56,932 nt of DNA. It comes from Phyllosticta citribraziliensis. Lineage: Eukaryota. The translations under genes and the position numbers were made by a program. This document shows, one piece after another, positions 51,021 to 56,932 of this stretch. Within the stretch, counting starts at the first letter, position 1. Each line of letters starts with the position of its first letter. The notes below the pieces were generated by a model. It did not search any database, was not told the origin of the DNA, and was given only the letters and a program-made list of their open reading frames with translations. The stretch lies in contig NW_027117352.1 of NCBI RefSeq assembly GCF_038025025.1, forward strand, positions 682,001 through 738,932. The letters run 5' to 3'.

Positions 51021-52720
51021 ATGACTTCAAACAGCGATCGGGTCCTATCCCATGAGCCAGTCTACCACTGGGAAGAATTCGTCGAAAATCTGGAAGGGTA
51101 CTGCTCAGGCGGTTACCATCCCACTCATCTTGGCGACATCTTTTATGGTCGGTACAGAGTGATGCACAAACTTGGGTATGGGAGCTACTCTACTGTCTGG
51201 CTTGCAAGAGATCTTGAAGAGCACCGAAATGTTGCCCTCAAAATCCTTGTGGCAGGCCAATCGCAGGCAAGCACGGAGGCCCAGATCCTGCGCGCTCTTA
51301 ATGCAGGCGACAAGAACCACCCAGGCTATTCTTTCATCTGTCGTTTGTTGGACGAGTTTTGGTTTGATGGCCCCAACGGACGTCACCGCTGTCTAGTATT
51401 GAGGGCCACGGGATGCAGTGTGTCCGACTCCCAAGACGATTCAAACGAGTTTCCTATTCATGTTGCGCGGTCCATGTCGGCGCAGGCATTGCTTGGCCTC
51501 AGCTACATCCATTCCTGCAGTTTTGTACACGGTGGTAAGTACAGAAGCCACGCCCTTTTCACGTCCGTGGAATTGACCATTCGGCAGATCTTCACAAGGG
51601 AAACCTGCTATTCGAGCGCCCAGAGCTTGAGTCCTGGACCGAAGCAGAGGTTGTTCAGAACCTCGGCGAAGCTGAGAAAGAACCAGTTAGGAGGCGCGAT
51701 GGGCAATCGCATGGACCAGAAGCTCCTGACTACTGCGTTCCTCTTGGTAGGATAGGTATGAGATCAGACCGCCTGCCCGAAAACACAAGGATCACCATCT
51801 CCGATTTTGGCCAGTCATTCCTGGCTACCGAAGACCATGACGCGTTGCAAACGCCTCGGAAAGTGGCACCTCCGGAACATTTCTTTAAAGGTCACTTGGG
51901 CCCCCCTGCGGATGTCTGGACTCTCGGCTTGTCCATATACGAAATCCTGTCAACCCGCAGCCTGTTCGAAACATACTTCCCGGATCCAGACACAATTATC
52001 TCTGAGATGGTTGATACTCTGGGTCGTCCGCCGCAGTGCTGGTGGGATAGTTGGGCGAACAAGCAAAATTTCTACGCGGAAGATGGCTCAAGGATTGGAG
52101 AACCACCCACGCCATTATCAACCCGTCTCAAGGAAAGAGAGGGTGAAATTGGCGACGAAGAGCAGAAGAGCCTTGAGCAGCTGTACAGAGGAAAAAGGTC
52201 GGAGGAAGGAGAAGTTTTGTCTGGTGGAATGCTGGAGTACGAACCATCAAAACGAATGACCGCGGACGAGGCACTCATGTCCGACTGGATGATCCGATGG
52301 GCACGGCCAGACTTTGAGAAATGTGTTGCAGGCGAACAGGAGGATGTGCCGCAGAGCAGTGTGGAGAAGTTGGATCAGCCAGTCGCATCTTCATTCACTG
52401 TTGAAGATATCAATGACGACAACGAGGTCGCAGGACGCAGCCGCCATTTTCCCGACTCGGAGGACTCGCTGAATCTGATCAACGCCAAAGATGCGTCGCT
52501 GAGTGATGCCGCGCGCAACAAGAGCTCTACGGCTTCGATTGCTGGTGGCGCTATGGATTTCGGTTACAGCAGCGGTAACGACAATGTCAACGACGTGGCT
52601 CTGAGCGATACCGCGCACAACGGCAGGGCTGTGGTTTCGGCCGCCGGTGGCATGAAGAGTTGCGATGGCAGTGGCGGCGATTGCGGTGCTGGAGGACTTT
52701 CGCCTAACGAGGTCGAGTAG
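51021..52720 (+). CDS. SRPK/Sky1-like CMGC Ser/Thr protein kinase (548 aa; intron 51535-51587)
   Basis: ENLEGYCSGGYHPTHLGD, KLGYGSYSTVWLARD, VALKIL, GPNGRHRCLV, HG|DLHKGNLL, ISDFGQSF, APPE, DVWTLG and MLEYEPSKRMTADEAL. Confidence 0.9.
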
Positions 52721-55700
52721 TAGTATCTTATCGACCTTAGTACTATATACGTTATAAAGCGATACTATAAGTAAGGAGAGCTCTATAGCTTTAATTACTA
52801 GTATTATTAAAAGTTATAATAGTAGTAGTAGTAGTAGCTATAATAGTAGTAAAGAATCTTAGTATAGAGGTATTATTATAGAATTAAGTACTTAATCTAT
52901 AGTATATCTTAATAAGGCCTTTAAAGAGTCTCTAGTACTATATATTTATATATCTAAGGTAGTAAATTATATAATCTAAGTATATTAAGTATATATATAG
53001 AATTAGAATATAATTAAAGAAAATAGAATATCTTTTTATTTTTAAGCTATACTACTTCTAAAGTAGTAAAGTATTTATTATATATAGAAGTATAATATAA
53101 GATTTAGTACTATAAAATATTAAATTAAGTAGAAGTAATATATATAGTCTACTAAATAATAGATAAAATCTTAGTTTTTAAGAGTTTTATAATACTTATA
53201 ATAGTATACTTTAAGTAATCCTAATTAGATAATTACTAAGGCTACTTAGTACTTAACTAATAGTTCTAGGTATCTAGATATAGTACTTAATAAGTAGTAA
53301 TAAATAATAACTCTTAAAAGTAGTTATATATACCTAGCCTAATTCTTTATTATATAGGGCTTATATATACCTAGATAATAAAATACTAAGGTAGAATATA
53401 ATAAGTAGAGCTATATAATCTAATATCTAGTCTATTAGCTTATATAATAGAGAGGTACTTCTCTATTAAATAAGAAATATAAGAAAAAAGAGTAGACCTT
53501 TTTAATTTATACTATTATAATTAAATAATCTTAAATTATTTTTTAAAGGCTACCTAATAGATAATAATATAGACTAAATTAGTATATACTTAGTTATAAA
53601 AAATATATAGAGGAAGAATAAAAATTCTTAATAATAAATTAATAAATAAAAATAAAGAAGAATTTTAATTAAAAAAAAAGCTATTCTAATATTAAATCTA
53701 TATCTATATAAGAACTAGTTTACTAGAACCTAACCTAGTATAAGAAAGTATATAACTATATACTTACTTAATAGGCTAAGTAATTAGCCTATTATAATTA
53801 TATTTTTATTTTTTTTTTAATACTACTTCTCCTTTTCTCTTTACTTTAGACTTTTAATTAGCTAAATATAGTACTTATCTCTTTAAGCCTTATATAAGTC
53901 TAAGGTCTTTTTAACTTTATCTAATAATCTTATTATTATATTTAAAGTAGCCCTTACTTTTTATTTTAAAAATCTATCTTACTAATTAGTATTTAAAATA
54001 CTATATTTTTTAAAGCCTCTAGCTTCTACTCTTACTACTTTATAAAGTACTTATATTATACCTCTATTATTTACTCTTAATTACTCTTATCCTTAAGATA
54101 AATTAATATAGATAGAGTAAATAAATAGTAAAATAGGTATAAAATCTATAAAAATACTAAAATATAGGATTAGCTAAATCTTAGTTATATAGTAATATAT
54201 ATATCTAAATAAGCTATAAATTAAGTTAGTTATAGCTTTATATCCTCTTTACTACTCTACTTTATAATTATTAATTATTAGCTAATTAACTTATCTTACT
54301 TAGTACTAATTTATTACTTTATAATATTATTATAAGGTTATCTTATTATCTCTTTAAATAAGTATTATAAGTTTAGTTAAGATATCTTTTTTTAAATAAA
54401 GATTATATTATTATTATTTCTATTTTAGTTTTAAAGCCCTACTTATTCTATCTACTTATTTATACTATTAAGTCTACTAGCTAGTACCTATCTTACTTAT
54501 TTAAGATATTTCTAACTATTTATAGACTATAATAGTAGTAGCTAAAAAAAAGAAATTATTTTTAACTTAAAATTTACTATTCTTTTTTATTTATTATAAA
54601 ACATCCCCCTTTTAGGATAAGAAAAGAAAGAAAAAAAATAAAAAAAAAAGAAATATATCTATACTAGAATATATTTAGTTACTAGTTTTTTTATTTTTAT
54701 CTATATTAAACTAGTTCTTACTACCTATTATATTATTATTATAAGGTAAGGCTAATAACTAGATAAGTAGATTTTTTTATATATTAGTATTATAACTACT
54801 TTTATCCTCTTTTAATATAGGTATATAATATATAGTAATATTTATATTTATATAAAAATTAAGGTAAAGGTATCTTAAGAGAATATAGTTTATAAACTAA
54901 TTAATAAACCTAATATTAGTACTTAGAAATTATTATTCTAGACTATTTATATCTTATAGTATATATAGTATAAGTAGCTATAAAATAAGTAGTCTAGTAA
55001 TTTATATATATTTTAAAGGGTCCTTTTTAATATACTAGATTAAGTAGTTTAATTTTATATAAAAAGTAAGGTTCTTAATTACTATATAAGAGATAAACTT
55101 ATTAAGAATAATTTTTTTAATAATAAGATATATAGCTTAATAAGGTTCTATTATAAAGAGTATAGCTATTAGATTTATATATTAATAAAAAGAGCCTACT
55201 TTACCTAAATTAAAATATTAATAGATTATATAGTTTACTAAGTATCTTAAAGAAGTAGCTTTACTAGTATTAGTAATATTATTATAATTAGTAGAACTAT
55301 TATTAGAGATTAAAAGGTCTTTTATACTAGTATTAAAACTAATATTATTACTATTATTATTAAATTTACCTAAAAGTAGCTTATCTTAAGTTATAAGTAG
55401 GATATTATTAATATCTACTATAAATATAGTATAGTTAGTATTATAAGCTAATAGGTTACTTAATTAGTAGACTAGTTTTAAGTAACTATCTATTTAATAT
55501 TAAGGTATATAAGTATAGGAGATAAAGCTAAATAAGAAGGATATATAATAAGGTATAAGTTAAATTAATAAGAAGTCTACTTAGAAGTATTAATTATAAG
55601 AAAATAAAAATAGCTATTTATAGTATTTATATAATAAGGTCTTTTTATATTTTATTATTTAACTTATCTTAGGAATTATAATAAATAGAAAGTAGATATT

Positions 55701-56824
55701 ATAAGAGAAAAGACCTTATTTTAATCTTAAATTATATAGTAGTTTACTAGCTTATTAATAGTAATATACTTCTTAAAACTAACTACTTAGCTAAGTCTCT
55801 ATTATAGGTATAAGAGGTTCTATTCTTATTTCTATTATTATATTAGTAATATATATAGAGGTACTAGGGTTAAATTATTTAAATAGCTATAGCTTTTAAA
55901 AAGTTAGGTAACTTTAGTATATATAGCTTATAGTTATAGCTAGTAGTTATAGTATAGGTATACCTAGTACTTAATATTAAATAGTATTTAATATAATTAT
56001 AGGTTTTTTTTTAGCTAATTTATAATATTATAACTATCTAGACCTTTTCCTTTAAGTTATTAGTTATTAGGAGTAAGATTACTAGTAATACCCTTAAGAA
56101 TAATAAATATAATAGTTTTAAAAGAAAAGTTACTTTATTCTACCCCTATTTTTTTAAAGGTAGGTATACTAATAAGGACCTAGATTAAAATTACTAGCTA
56201 ATAAATAAAGTAATAAAGAACTAGGCTAATTAAATAATATTTTAAATAAAAGGTTACCTTTTATAAAGACTTTTAGTAATAGAGATACTAGCTAATATAT
56301 AGGCTATTAAAGTCTAGATCCTTAGTCTAGTAGGCTTAATAAAAAAGGGCTAATAAGTAAAATACTATAAATAATAAGAGGAGGAGTATTTTTTTTCTTT
56401 TATTTTTTAAAGATATCTTTCTTAAAGTAGATAAGCTAGTTAATAGTTACTTTAATTAGTCCTTATTAAGAGCTAATCCTACTAGCTAGCTATAAGGCTA
56501 CTACTAGAGAGTTATATATAAATAAGGTAAGCTTTTAGCTTTTAGAAGATTTATTTAATATTATTTAAAATAATCTTATTTTATTATAATTAAGAGTAGT
56601 TATTTACTACTAGTATTAATAAAAAAGCTCTAGATATAGATATTAAAACTAGTTAAGATAGCTTTTAAAGAATTTATCTAATATTATCTAAAATAATCTT
56701 ATCTTACTATAATTAAGAGTAGTTATTTACTACTAGTATTAATAAAGAAGCTCTAGGTATAGATATTAAAACTAGTTAAAGTAGTTTTTAAAATAGTTAC
56801 TCTTAATTTAAGCTAAGATATCAG
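52721..56824. repeat. RIP-degraded AT-rich subtelomeric block
   Basis: Abrupt drop in GC, TpA saturation, near absence of CpA/TpG/CpG, and no ORF of 60 aa or more in the ORF track. Confidence 0.9.
56536..56790 (+). repeat. Telomere-adjacent tandem duplication, 123-bp unit, about 2 copies
   Basis: tataattaagagtagttatttactactagtattaataaa...tatagatattaaaactagttaa occurs at 56585 and 56708. Confidence 0.85.
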
Positions 56825-56932
56825 TTAGGGTTAGGGTTAGGGTTAGGGTTAGGGTTAGGGTTAGGGTTAGGGTTAGGGTTAGGGTTAGGGTTAGGGTTAG
56901 GGTTAGGGTTAGGGTTAGGGTTAGGGTTAGGG
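56825..56932 (+). repeat. Telomere (TTAGGG)18
   Basis: Perfect TTAGGG array running to the end of the sequence, with the G-rich strand oriented towards the end. Confidence 0.99.

Noticed and set aside
52821..52837. (AGT)n microsatellite
   Set aside because: It is explained as the RIP product of GGC/AGT codon runs in the kinase tail repeat.
52721..56824. Telomere-linked RecQ helicase or telomeric retrotransposon
   Set aside because: No diagnostic motifs could be recovered by eye; this is unsupported rather than excluded.

Overview
This is the right-hand end of a filamentous ascomycete (Pezizomycotina, probably Dothideomycete) chromosome. The evidence is short GT-AG introns, RIP-type AT-rich blocks and a terminal (TTAGGG)18 telomere. 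From 0.2 to 38.5 kb it is a dense run of mostly conserved genes: GH5 sterylglucosidase-like, DnaJ/TPR P58IPK-like, Ldb17/Dip1, Ski3, a hypothetical gene, a DHA1 MFS transporter, a 2OG-Fe(II) oxygenase, Otu1, Cct6, a GH47 mannosidase, Rsa3, an Rsc58-like protein and a large hypothetical protein. This run is interrupted by a full-length but RIP-destroyed 1.96-kb Tc1 (DD34E) transposon whose TIRs, TA target duplication and catalytic triad are still readable. From 40 to 52.7 kb it is an accessory subtelomeric block. It contains a candidate reductive cluster (NAD(P)-binding protein, Zn2Cys6 TF, and an aldo-keto reductase divergent from an A-T-R NRPS-like carboxylic acid reductase) whose TF carries a broken splice acceptor. 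It also contains a small two-exon orphan gene and an SRPK-like kinase whose repetitive tail continues into a 4.1-kb RIP-degraded subtelomere. All calls were made by eye from motifs and splice signals; no database searches were run.
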